From: a virus
Lineage: Duplodnaviria > Caudoviricetes
IMG/VR virus record: IMGVR_UViG_3300020037_002952
Location: 32,001-96,000 of that record
Length of the DNA: 64,000 bases
Strand: one strand, 5' to 3'
Below, one piece after another: positions 55,745 through 63,983 of this stretch. Positions within the stretch are counted from its first letter, which is position 1. Each line of letters opens with the position of its first letter. The position numbers and the translations under genes are program-made. The notes beneath the pieces were generated by a model, which made no database searches, had not been told where the DNA came from, and worked only from the letters and a program-made list of their open reading frames with translations.

Positions 55745-56636
55745 TGGCTTTCTCTATCTTGATTAACATTGTCTTGCCCCGTTTGTACCATAGTGGCATC
55801 CATTCTTTAAATTCTTCCAGTGTTTGGTTATATTTAATGTTGTTTACTCTTGTAGCACAAACCAGTAGATTCCCCTCTACATACCCCCTTTCAGTATCGA
55901 ATCTATCGAATGAAAGATTATCTGGTTGTGACCCGTTACCAGTTATAGATTGAACTGGAATAAGAGTATAGACACATTTAAAATCTTGAAATTCAGCTAG
56001 ATACTCCAGATATTCTGGAGATACATCAAACTCTAAACCTCTTTTTCTGGCGCTAGTTTGGAGTCCGTTATGCTTGGATGACCAGCTTCTTGGCTTTCCC
56101 AATTGACTCTTAGACTGTTTTTCGATGCAACAGCTTTTACATACCGATCTGATTTTATCCCCAGATCGGTAAAAAGACTCTATCGACTTGATTTCATCAC
56201 AATCATTGCACCGTATAGAATTTTTATCTACCCAGTTTACTCCTAGCTGGGGCCCAAATCTATTGGTGTCTAGCTTCAAGTAATCTTCCATATACTTAAG
56301 CACGGTAGAACGCCCTAATCCGTAGTCTCTCGCAATGGCCGTAACAGATTTTCCATTAGAGTGATGGGTTATAATTTCTTCCCGTAACGGATCTAGAATT
56401 GCAAAATTCTCAAGAGATATTCCTCTTCGGATACAGCCACAACTTTGGGTTTTCCCCGAAATTAAAATATCCCGTTTTCTTACAACCATCTCTCCGCATT
56501 CACATAAACAATTCCATGCTCTGCGGATGCGTTTTTTTGTTTTTCCATCTACGATTGGATCTGCTTCGTCGATCACAGTTAATTTTCCGAAAACTTTCCC
56601 TGATAGATCAGTTTCCGCTTTTGATACTCCAGCCAT
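55734..56636 (-). CDS. HNH-type homing endonuclease with HTH
   Basis: DLSGKVFGKLTV...WNCLCECG...SCGC; HTH; CNDC..CKSC; SFDRFD...GYVEGN. Confidence 0.8.
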   Translation of the reverse strand: MAGVSKAETDLSGKVFGKLTVIDEADPIVDGKTKKRIRRAWNCLCECGEMVVRKRDILISGKTQSCGCIRRGISLENFAILDPLREEIITHHSNGKSVTAIARDYGLGRSTVLKYMEDYLKLDTNRFGPQLGVNWVDKNSIRCNDCDEIKSIESFYRSGDKIRSVCKSCCIEKQSKSQLGKPRSWSSKHNGLQTSARKRGLEFDVSPEYLEYLAEFQDFKCVYTLIPVQSITGNGSQPDNLSFDRFDTERGYVEGNLLVCATRVNNIKYNQTLEEFKEWMPLWYKRGKTMLIKIEKANET

Positions 56637-56743
56637 TTTAACTATCCTTTCTTTAGGGTATAGTTAAAATAACGACAGAAATTTAACCTTTGGTTACAAA
56701 TACGCCTTCAGCTTGTAGTTCTTCTAGTGTGAACGGTAACATG

Positions 56744-56971
56744 TTAAACCTCTGTCTGATAGGTTTCATTCTGAGACTTTCGATGCTTCCTACGCTCTGC
56801 GGCTCGGACCTTTCTTGCGGCCCAACGTTTAGCTCCAGATTTAGTCCAGGTGAGTTCACAGTCTAAGCACTCCCCGTTTTTATGTATCCATACGGTCCAT
56901 GGAAAGTTGTACCATGCTCGTCGTTTAAGTATTTCAACAGTGTATACCGTTTTATCAGTATCCACAATCAT
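56744..56971 (-). CDS. Hypothetical protein
   Basis: Packed ORF. Confidence 0.6.
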   Translation of the reverse strand: MIVDTDKTVYTVEILKRRAWYNFPWTVWIHKNGECLDCELTWTKSGAKRWAARKVRAAERRKHRKSQNETYQTEV

Positions 56972-57449
56972 ACTCTTCTACTCTAATCTTTTCTGGGGTA
57001 ACAATAATGAGAGAATTCTCACCGAAAAGATCTTCCATTAGTTGAGTTTCAGAGTTGATGAAGCTATAAATGGTCTTAGCAGCTGGGATAAAGTTCGGAT
57101 TAGGTGACTGAACCGTTTTCTTAGTTTCAGAATCATACTTATATAAGATCTCGTCGCAAACCTGTCCGCGCCCACTATAGTCTTCTAAATCATACGGGTT
57201 AGTAAACTCTTCCCAATTAATTTCTGTAGATGTACTGAAGTAAACATCGCCAATGCTAAATAAGCAGGGGTCGCCATCATTAAACCCTGGAATATACTGT
57301 GACCAAACAATTCCAGTTACCTGGGGATTCTCGGCAAAGAAGTTATTGAAAATATCTTTCAGTCCGCCGTTCTCTCGGATGCGTTTTACAGCCTCATCAT
57401 ATTCGTTACGAATAGCTTTAAACTCTTCTGTGATCTTACTAATGTCCAT
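56955..57449 (-). CDS. Conserved hypothetical protein (WSQYIPGFNDGDPC motif), neighbour of DUF6915-like gene
   Basis: Motif and adjacency. Confidence 0.7.
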   Translation of the reverse strand: MDISKITEEFKAIRNEYDEAVKRIRENGGLKDIFNNFFAENPQVTGIVWSQYIPGFNDGDPCLFSIGDVYFSTSTEINWEEFTNPYDLEDYSGRGQVCDEILYKYDSETKKTVQSPNPNFIPAAKTIYSFINSETQLMEDLFGENSLIIVTPEKIRVEEYDCGY

Positions 57450-57458
57450 AATTTTCTC

Positions 57459-57809
57459 TCAGTCTACTAAAGTGTATGTCGTGGTTTTTCTTGCAGGTCC
57501 GCCGAGCCAATCATAAAAAGGCATATCGCCTAGATAGTCTTGGACTGTTGGAATTCTTTGCATGTCTTCAATAACGTGCTCTTCTAAAATGTCTCGAACA
57601 GAAAGTTCTCTACCATCAGAATTCGTAAAGGATACTCCAAAAACCTGTTCGCCAATGTAAATACCAAATGAGCTATGAAGCAATGCTCTATGTCTCATGT
57701 CTGGTACGTGAGCTTTACTTGAATCCATCCAGTCATGAAATGGTAAATAGTCTTCTACTTTACCGCCGTGACGTTTCACCGAGTTTTTAGCATGAAGTAA
57801 AGGTTTCAT
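57459..57809 (-). CDS. DUF6915-like His-rich protein
   Basis: HAKNSV..GG...DY..FHDWMDSSK...RHRALLHSSFGI...EEHVIED. Confidence 0.75.
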   Translation of the reverse strand: MKPLLHAKNSVKRHGGKVEDYLPFHDWMDSSKAHVPDMRHRALLHSSFGIYIGEQVFGVSFTNSDGRELSVRDILEEHVIEDMQRIPTVQDYLGDMPFYDWLGGPARKTTTYTLVD

Positions 57810-58336
57810 AATTCATACTTCTTTGAGAATCGAATGTCAGCAACTTCTTCCAACATATCTTCGATAGTAACAACTCGCTCAACATTGAAGTCTTCAACAA
57901 TCTTTGGTAGTTCGGTCTGCATGGTTGCGAGTCGTGCAAACATCCGTTTCATTGCTTCCTCTGGCACAACTGTTCCAAGCTCCTGGCGTTGTGTAGACTT
58001 ATTCTGCGCCTCAATTACTTCACGCTTCAACGATGTTATCATCAAAGTGATTGGCTGTCCAGCGGCGGCAGTAAGAACATTCTTAAGATCCTTCGCCGTG
58101 AGATTGGTTGCGTTCAAGTAAACGTCCAAGTTATGCTGCAAACGTGTCCATACAATTGTATCAACGATCTTGAAAACTTTGCCGGTGACAGTTTGATTTG
58201 TTTGATCGCCAGTCAAGATTCGCCGGTAATGGTCAGATGACACAACAGCATCTTCTGTAATCATATCAATCTCAAGCATTCGACTTGCAAGATAATCTTT
58301 GCCGCATCCTGGCGGTCCAATAGGGATATACAACAT
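57806..58336 (-). CDS. Polynucleotide kinase-like P-loop kinase (AAA_33)
   Basis: IGPPGCGK, VSSDHYR, NATNL, VVPEEAM. Confidence 0.85.
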   Translation of the reverse strand: MLYIPIGPPGCGKDYLASRMLEIDMITEDAVVSSDHYRRILTGDQTNQTVTGKVFKIVDTIVWTRLQHNLDVYLNATNLTAKDLKNVLTAAAGQPITLMITSLKREVIEAQNKSTQRQELGTVVPEEAMKRMFARLATMQTELPKIVEDFNVERVVTIEDMLEEVADIRFSKKYEL

Positions 58337-58560
58337 TATGCTCCTGCTTTCTTAGTCCAGTCAGGGTTCTTATCTTCAACCCAATCACATGCTTCTTCTA
58401 GAAGTTTAATATATTCACGTATAGTTGCAACGTTATGTTGTGTGTTATTTATAAGGATTGTTCTACGATGAGCTTGCGCTGAAATTCGTAGATCAGACCT
58501 AAAATTAAAGTTCAGACAATACTTTCTCTCTAGTTCGCGTAGCTCTTCCCATGCGTCCAT
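58336..58560 (-). CDS. Hypothetical protein
   Basis: AAGGAG RBS; packed ORF. Confidence 0.7.
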   Translation of the reverse strand: MDAWEELRELERKYCLNFNFRSDLRISAQAHRRTILINNTQHNVATIREYIKLLEEACDWVEDKNPDWTKKAGA

Positions 58561-58581
58561 TATTTCTCCTTAAGATTCGAA

Positions 58582-58821
58582 TTAAGCATTATGCTTTCTT
58601 ATTTCTTCTAGCATCTGCCGTTTTTCTTGTTCAATTTTATTGAGATCAATCTCGAAATATTCAGCGAGGATTTCCTCAATAGATTTATGGGGAGGTAAAT
58701 ACTCGTCTTCTCCCTGATGAAATTCACATAAAGTATAGTCACTACACTCTAGAAACCAGCCGATAAGTTGAGACTCGTCAGCGATCTGTCGCATTTTTTC
58801 ATGTTCAGGATAATCAGCCAT
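58582..58821 (-). CDS. Hypothetical protein
   Basis: GGAGG RBS before MADYPEHEK. Confidence 0.7.
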   Translation of the reverse strand: MADYPEHEKMRQIADESQLIGWFLECSDYTLCEFHQGEDEYLPPHKSIEEILAEYFEIDLNKIEQEKRQMLEEIRKHNA

Positions 58822-60031
58822 TATTACGCCTCCCCTCAATAAACTGATGAATAGCAACTTTTGCTTCTTTTGGATCTTTGTTTACTTTAAGAATTTCTGC
58901 AATATCTGACATAGAAATACTGAGATCAAAAATCTCATCCTTCATTGTCATACGCTTCTCATAAAATCTCTCATAAAGACGTTCAACCTGCTCTGATCGA
59001 GCATAATCAATCTTCATTTTGAAGTCAATCCGCCCAGAACGGATAAGTGCAGGGTCAAGTTTATCTTCATGATTTGTTGTCATGATTGTAATAAGACCAT
59101 GTGGTGTTGTGATTCCATCCAAAGCATTCAACAATGCCGATAGGGAAGCTCCAGCCCCGTCTTCTCTAGATGTAGCGGCAGAATACACGTCAATATCTTC
59201 AAGAACAAGAATAGCGTTACGAACGTTAGCTATCAACTGTAGTAGTGTACTATCTTTTTCGATATCTTTCAATGAGAGATATGCGATAGACTTATTAAAG
59301 TGTCTACCAAGAGCTTTAGCGAAGGAAGTTTTGCCAGTTCCTGGTGGCCCATAAAACAAATAGCCTCGGTGATACGGAATGCCGATCTCAGAGTAACGTT
59401 TCTCATCATCAAGAAAGTCTTGCAAGTCATTTACGATAAGTTCTGCTTGGCCTTCGGCTAGGATAACTGAATCCATTGTTCTTGGTGGTAACTGTGTAGC
59501 ACTTTCCCACTCACCATAAGAACTAGGGATTTTAATAAATGGCGGAACTAGTTGCAACAGTTGTTCTTTAATCATCATTTCAATATGATCTAAAACCAAT
59601 TTTCTTGCTTCAATAGTTTCGCAAACAAAAGTTACGTCAGGAGTTTTTTTCAAAAGACTTGATTCCCAGCGCTCTGATTTCGCTGCTTCACCATCGGACA
59701 GAAAGAATTTAATCTGGTGACCCTTAAAGATGAAAGTATGTTCTACCGCAGAAGGCAAAGAGAAATATAAACCACGTTTTGCATTATCAGCATTAAAAGT
59801 GCTCGTTTTAAGCATCGGCAACGGATCAACCTCAATTTGAGAGATAGCCCACTGAACAACTTCATTATAGATTTTGTCAGTCGATTGCATATTAATCTTG
59901 TAGGTATCTTTAAGTTTTCTATCAAGATAGAGGTCTTTGCCTTTTTCATACAAGGCAAATCCTGCTGTAATTGTTGCAATGGCCTTATGCACCTTATCGG
60001 CCTTGTCATTAAACTTCATAAAATACCTCAC
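58814..60031 (-). CDS. BCS1-like AAA+ ATPase
   Basis: GIPYHRGYLFYGPPGTGKTS, LEDID, LSALLNALDG, MTTNH..KLDPALIRSGRID. Confidence 0.9.
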   Translation of the reverse strand: MRYFMKFNDKADKVHKAIATITAGFALYEKGKDLYLDRKLKDTYKINMQSTDKIYNEVVQWAISQIEVDPLPMLKTSTFNADNAKRGLYFSLPSAVEHTFIFKGHQIKFFLSDGEAAKSERWESSLLKKTPDVTFVCETIEARKLVLDHIEMMIKEQLLQLVPPFIKIPSSYGEWESATQLPPRTMDSVILAEGQAELIVNDLQDFLDDEKRYSEIGIPYHRGYLFYGPPGTGKTSFAKALGRHFNKSIAYLSLKDIEKDSTLLQLIANVRNAILVLEDIDVYSAATSREDGAGASLSALLNALDGITTPHGLITIMTTNHEDKLDPALIRSGRIDFKMKIDYARSEQVERLYERFYEKRMTMKDEIFDLSISMSDIAEILKVNKDPKEAKVAIHQFIEGRRNNG

Positions 60032-60055
60032 TCATATTTGTTTTGGTTTAAGTTG

Positions 60056-60168
60056 CGGGGCGCATAGGATTCGAACCTATGAATAATAGCTGTTGTTATT
60101 GTCAGGTAACCGCCAATGACGCATTACGTCAGAGCGAAAGGACTATTATTCCACCTTAAAGACGCCCC
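60056..60168 (-). ncRNA. tRNA-like RNA (113 nt): acceptor stem and T arm intact, no D stem or normal anticodon arm
   Basis: 5' GGGGCGT / GCGCCCC-G 3'; ATAGG-TTCGAAT-CCTAT; AATAATAG/CTATTATT helix enclosing 53 nt; intergenic. Confidence 0.75.
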
Positions 60169-60176
60169 AGTTTTAT

Positions 60177-60362
60177 TTAGGCGTTAGCTCGCCGAAGTCG
60201 GAGATTCCAGTTCCTCACGGTGGACTCTGGGATACCTAGTGAAACTGCCAATCGCTTCTGATCGCCAGCTTCCTTAATAAGCTTAGCAAGCTTTGAACGT
60301 GACAAAGTGCCGAGACGCTCTGTCTTAATCTTCACTGTCTGCTTCTTCACTGATGTAGTCAA
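60177..60362 (-). CDS. Small HTH DNA-binding protein
   Basis: QKRLAVSLGIPESTVRNW. Confidence 0.7.
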   Translation of the reverse strand: MTTSVKKQTVKIKTERLGTLSRSKLAKLIKEAGDQKRLAVSLGIPESTVRNWNLRLRRANA

Positions 60363-60396
60363 AATATTCTTCCTTTATGTGTTGGTTATTTTTCTC

Positions 60397-60786
60397 TTAC
60401 GAGACTTTTTCTTTGCCGATCGAGCGGAAAACTTCAGCCTGTGGTGTAATCCCAAGCTCTAGCTTGATCTTTTCTGAACGCTGCTTACGTAGTGCAATAC
60501 TTTCCCGAGATGCCTTATCCTGTGCATCCCTCAAAGCATCACGTTCTGCAACAATTCGCCGAGCATTCTTTTCGATCTTGCGACCGATTTCCTTGAGTGC
60601 TCGTGCTGTTGCAAGATCTTCGCCAAGATCCTCATCATAAACATCCGGTCCATTACAACGACTAGAACCAACTGCTGATAGAACCTTACCATCCGAAGCA
60701 TAGTAAGTAACCTCAGCTGTAGTAACTCGAAGCCTTGGATCGGAAATAACAACTGCAAGTGTATTATTCTCTAGTGAATCTTTCAT
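60397..60786 (-). CDS. Rv2632c/DUF1876-like dsRBD-fold protein
   Basis: AVGSSRCNGPDVYDEDLGEDLATARAL; AAGGAG RBS before MKDSLE. Confidence 0.65.
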   Translation of the reverse strand: MKDSLENNTLAVVISDPRLRVTTAEVTYYASDGKVLSAVGSSRCNGPDVYDEDLGEDLATARALKEIGRKIEKNARRIVAERDALRDAQDKASRESIALRKQRSEKIKLELGITPQAEVFRSIGKEKVS

Positions 60787-60787
60787 T

Positions 60788-61822
60788 TTATTTCTCCTTA
60801 AGTAGAAACTTGTTATTGATTGCTTTAAAATTACGATACTCATGTCCATAGAGCCACCAAACAATACCTTCAGCTTGACGCTGGGGACTGATAAGCGACT
60901 TAATTCCTTCAACTTGTTCGATGGCCTCATCAGGTGAGTCTGGTAGTTCAAGATCCTTATAAATTGGAACTTGAATGCCAGGAATCGTCTGATGATCCAT
61001 ACCGAGAACTGCCGAATTAACAGTATTATATCCAAACTGGAGATTAAACGCTGAAAACTTCTGACCCTTAACTCCAAGAGGGTTGTTCTGGATTCCCTCG
61101 CCAAAGATTTCTCCCTGAAGCACCACCGCTTGCTCTCGGAACTCATCGGAAAATGATCGCAGGAACTCTTCGATTTCAAGTTCCCGAGCAATCTTCCAGT
61201 AAAGGTTGCCCTCCGTTTCCTTTAGCGCAAGGTTTCTTGAACAAACCCAGAACTTTCCAGTGGAGTCAAGACCATAGCTGGCAGATGTGCCATCAATCTT
61301 TTCAGTAGCAATGGCAGCAGTAACTTCCAACGGGAAAATACTTCCAAGATTCTGAACTCTTTCTGCATCTGTTTTCTTCATAAAGAACGTGGGGAAAGAC
61401 CCTTCCACTGAACCAGAAAGTTGTGCTGGAATCGGCGGTTCCCATTTTTCAATTTTGAGTAGCTCGGTAACGTCACTACCCTCAAAAATAAGATCCGGCG
61501 TAATTTCTGGGAAAAGTTTAAGTGGAAGAATCAAACCCTGAGAGTATGTCTTCTTCAAACGAATAGTTCTCAGAACATGGCCCTGTTCACCAGCACTATT
61601 TGTTTTCAATCCTCGCTCTGCAAGAAACTCAAATCTTGAGTCTGTCACATCAATAAAGGAATCAATCTCAAAGAATACACAGAAGTCATTCACGGCCCAG
61701 TTATTGTCTTTTTGTGACACAACAGGCCAGCCGCCAACTGTGAGTTTAACAATCTGATCGGCGTCAGGGATTGGCTCTAATTTCTTAATTTGCTGGACAC
61801 TTGCCAGCCTTCTTTCAGACAT
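60788..61822 (-). CDS. RNA ligase, DRB0094/Rnl5 family
   Basis: RLASVQQI...IPDADQI...GW.VV, FFEIDS, IRL...SQGL, KTDAERVQN, TEKIDGTS, VCSRN, QGEIFGEGIQ.N, EGIV, FKAINNKFL. Confidence 0.93.
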   Translation of the reverse strand: MSERRLASVQQIKKLEPIPDADQIVKLTVGGWPVVSQKDNNWAVNDFCVFFEIDSFIDVTDSRFEFLAERGLKTNSAGEQGHVLRTIRLKKTYSQGLILPLKLFPEITPDLIFEGSDVTELLKIEKWEPPIPAQLSGSVEGSFPTFFMKKTDAERVQNLGSIFPLEVTAAIATEKIDGTSASYGLDSTGKFWVCSRNLALKETEGNLYWKIARELEIEEFLRSFSDEFREQAVVLQGEIFGEGIQNNPLGVKGQKFSAFNLQFGYNTVNSAVLGMDHQTIPGIQVPIYKDLELPDSPDEAIEQVEGIKSLISPQRQAEGIVWWLYGHEYRNFKAINNKFLLKEK

Positions 61823-62117
61823 GAGACAACCCAGGAATTAGGGGAGTATTGCCAAGCTTTCCGGCGAGAGCTAATTCTGCCGCCGCATAAGCATAAGCAT
61901 TCAAAGCAAGATGTCGATTCCAGTTACTTTCAGAAGCATCAAGTGTATCAGCAATAAGAATCTGATACGATGCATCTTCAATAAGCATTGGATATGTTTC
62001 GCCCGTTTCGGGATCTACCAGTTGACTACGTTCAGTTTTGTAAAACTCAAATAGCTTGATATAATCCTGATGAGCTTGCTCTGCTGTAGTGAGTTTCTTT
62101 TTTCTAAATAGGCTCAT
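61815..62117 (-). CDS. Hypothetical protein
   Basis: Packed ORF. Confidence 0.7.
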   Translation of the reverse strand: MSLFRKKKLTTAEQAHQDYIKLFEFYKTERSQLVDPETGETYPMLIEDASYQILIADTLDASESNWNRHLALNAYAYAAAELALAGKLGNTPLIPGLSHV

Positions 62118-62404
62118 AGTTGTCTCCCAATAATATTCAGAATGATCAGACGTAACTCTTGAATTGCTTTTTTGCTGTAATTTTTCAATCGCTTGATCCT
62201 AAATTTAAGAACTTCACGACTATCATCTATCAAACGATACTCATTCTTAAAGAGATCAAAAGAACCATTATCATTTCGCCCAGCGGCAATCGACTTCTCG
62301 ACGGTCCCATCGAAATCAAATGTCCAGTCAACAACATCAACGATGTCTCCTTCGGAGACAATATTTTCATGCTGCTTGAATCCTTTTAGAATTTCAGCTT
62401 TCAT
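62114..62404 (-). CDS. Hypothetical protein
   Basis: AGGAG RBS before MKAEIL. Confidence 0.65.
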   Translation of the reverse strand: MKAEILKGFKQHENIVSEGDIVDVVDWTFDFDGTVEKSIAAGRNDNGSFDLFKNEYRLIDDSREVLKFRIKRLKNYSKKAIQELRLIILNIIGRQL

Positions 62405-62418
62405 TTTTCTCCTTAAAT

Positions 62419-62820
62419 TTATGGTAGCCAAACACCATATTCAGAATCACTGATAGTATAGACTACTCGTTTAATTCCTGCTGCGGATATTTCTTTCTGG
62501 CATTGTTTACATGGTTTCGCCATACCAATTTTCCCATTGCGTCCAATTCTCGCCACATACAGCACTCCACGAGAGGCTCTAGGAGCCCTTCTCAGGGCTT
62601 CAATCTCAGAGTGCGCCGATACCCTAGGTCTAGCCTTAAAGGCGCTGAAATCGGCTGTGGTCGGGTCTGAGAGCAGCCTACTAACTCCGCTACTCAAAGT
62701 AGAACCGCCGAGAGTAATTACTGCTGCAAGTCTCCATTTAGGATACTTAGTATTTTGTCCAGCAAGTTTTACTGCTCTTTGTAGTGGTCGTGGAAAATCT
62801 TTAGGCTTCGTCTCGTTCAC
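62419..62820 (-). CDS. Zinc-dependent cytidine/dCMP deaminase-like protein
   Basis: HSEIEAL and AKPCKQC motifs; AGIKRVVYT. Confidence 0.88.
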   Translation of the reverse strand: MNETKPKDFPRPLQRAVKLAGQNTKYPKWRLAAVITLGGSTLSSGVSRLLSDPTTADFSAFKARPRVSAHSEIEALRRAPRASRGVLYVARIGRNGKIGMAKPCKQCQKEISAAGIKRVVYTISDSEYGVWLP

Positions 62821-63038
62821 TTTGGATGGATGGAAGCAGCAGCTGGCTTACTAAGCATTGTATAGATAACACCCAGCCAAAATGCTGTTGGAAAGAAACC
62901 AATTGTTGGCGTGTCAATTGCCGAGTGCAAAATTCCTGCACCGATCATCAACAACCATCCATTGAATACTCCAAATAGAATCAGTCCAATAAGAAGTATT
63001 GTAAGATCACTTGCTTCGTTAGACATCGTTTTATTCAC
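62817..63038 (-). CDS. Small membrane protein, paralog of 63041-63259
   Basis: WLLMIGAGILH...PTIGF. Confidence 0.7.
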   Translation of the reverse strand: MNKTMSNEASDLTILLIGLILFGVFNGWLLMIGAGILHSAIDTPTIGFFPTAFWLGVIYTMLSKPAAASIHPK

Positions 63039-63040
63039 GA

Positions 63041-63259
63041 TTAGTCCCTCACATTCGTAGAACTACCACCAACAAGCAAACCGATGATTATGCCGAGTGG
63101 AATTGTTGACCAAAACCCTAGCGGCGGGACTGAATCAGAAATACTTCCGTGAATAACACCGAGCAAAAGCATGATAAGCCAAGTTGACCAAGCAATACTA
63201 ATTGCAAGAATAATAAACACTAGAATAATTACGCCTAGAAAGTTAAGTACAGATTTCAT
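63041..63259 (-). CDS. Small membrane protein, paralog of 62817-63038
   Basis: WLIMLLLGVIH...PPLGFW. Confidence 0.7.
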   Translation of the reverse strand: MKSVLNFLGVIILVFIILAISIAWSTWLIMLLLGVIHGSISDSVPPLGFWSTIPLGIIIGLLVGGSSTNVRD

Positions 63260-63270
63260 AATGTTTCTCC

Positions 63271-63498
63271 TTAAAGACTGTCTGTTAGTGCATCCAGAAT
63301 GAGCTTATCATAGTCTGATGCGTTGATATAAAATGGATCTTGCTTGTTATAAATTTTGGAAAGGTCGGCCAGATCAGTTGAATCTGGATCAATATAATGT
63401 TCAATAATGCTTTCAATGGCACTGTCGGAAAGCTTTTCACCAACCGGCAAAGCCTGAATTTCTTCGAGCACTTCATCAATTGTCATTAAAGTAATCAT
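63271..63498 (-). CDS. Hypothetical acidic protein
   Basis: GGAGG RBS; packed ORF. Confidence 0.65.
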   Translation of the reverse strand: MITLMTIDEVLEEIQALPVGEKLSDSAIESIIEHYIDPDSTDLADLSKIYNKQDPFYINASDYDKLILDALTDSL

Positions 63499-63983
63499 TA
63501 TTTTTCCTCCGGTAGATAAAGAATTGTCATAGAATCTGTAAATAGTCCAAGCTTATCAATTTTGAATGAAGAGTGGTATGTGTCATCTCCAATTACACAT
63601 ACTCTTCCATCTCCATTGCAGCGATAGATTTCTTCATAGCCACCACTATAAAATCGCACAACAGAAGCCTTCGGCAAACTTGAAAGCTCTCCTCGTGTGG
63701 AAATCTTATCTCCAACCTTGAAAATTTTCGCAGGCTCTTTAGGTGGTGAGGGGAGATATTCAACTCGTCGAGAGAGAGAAGCGAGGTTGCTGGTAATAAA
63801 ATGCCAACTAGGGTATTCTTCCCAGCCGTTGAGAGTCTTAAGGTAGACTCCCACTCGACCAGATAAAATGGTCCCGGGCGGGAACTCAATATCTCTTCTG
63901 ATTTTACAGCCAGAGTAAAATTCGGCAGCTTCTTCAAACTGTCCCGTATCAAAGACTCCAACATCGCCTTCGTTAATAGTCAT
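63498..63983 (-). CDS. Hypothetical protein, two-repeat 'LP..YLP' paralog family
   Basis: FPPGTIL...VEYLPS / KVGD...LPKASVV...ILYLPE. Confidence 0.7.
   Translation of the reverse strand: MTINEGDVGVFDTGQFEEAAEFYSGCKIRRDIEFPPGTILSGRVGVYLKTLNGWEEYPSWHFITSNLASLSRRVEYLPSPPKEPAKIFKVGDKISTRGELSSLPKASVVRFYSGGYEEIYRCNGDGRVCVIGDDTYHSSFKIDKLGLFTDSMTILYLPEEK

Noticed and set aside
60056-60168. Canonical tRNA call
   Set aside because: No D stem or 7-nt anticodon loop could be assigned, and it is too long for a standard tRNA.
60397-61191. 264-aa ORF as listed in the track
   Set aside because: Its first half overlaps the RNA ligase in another frame; the real start is the ATG at 60786 with an AAGGAG RBS.
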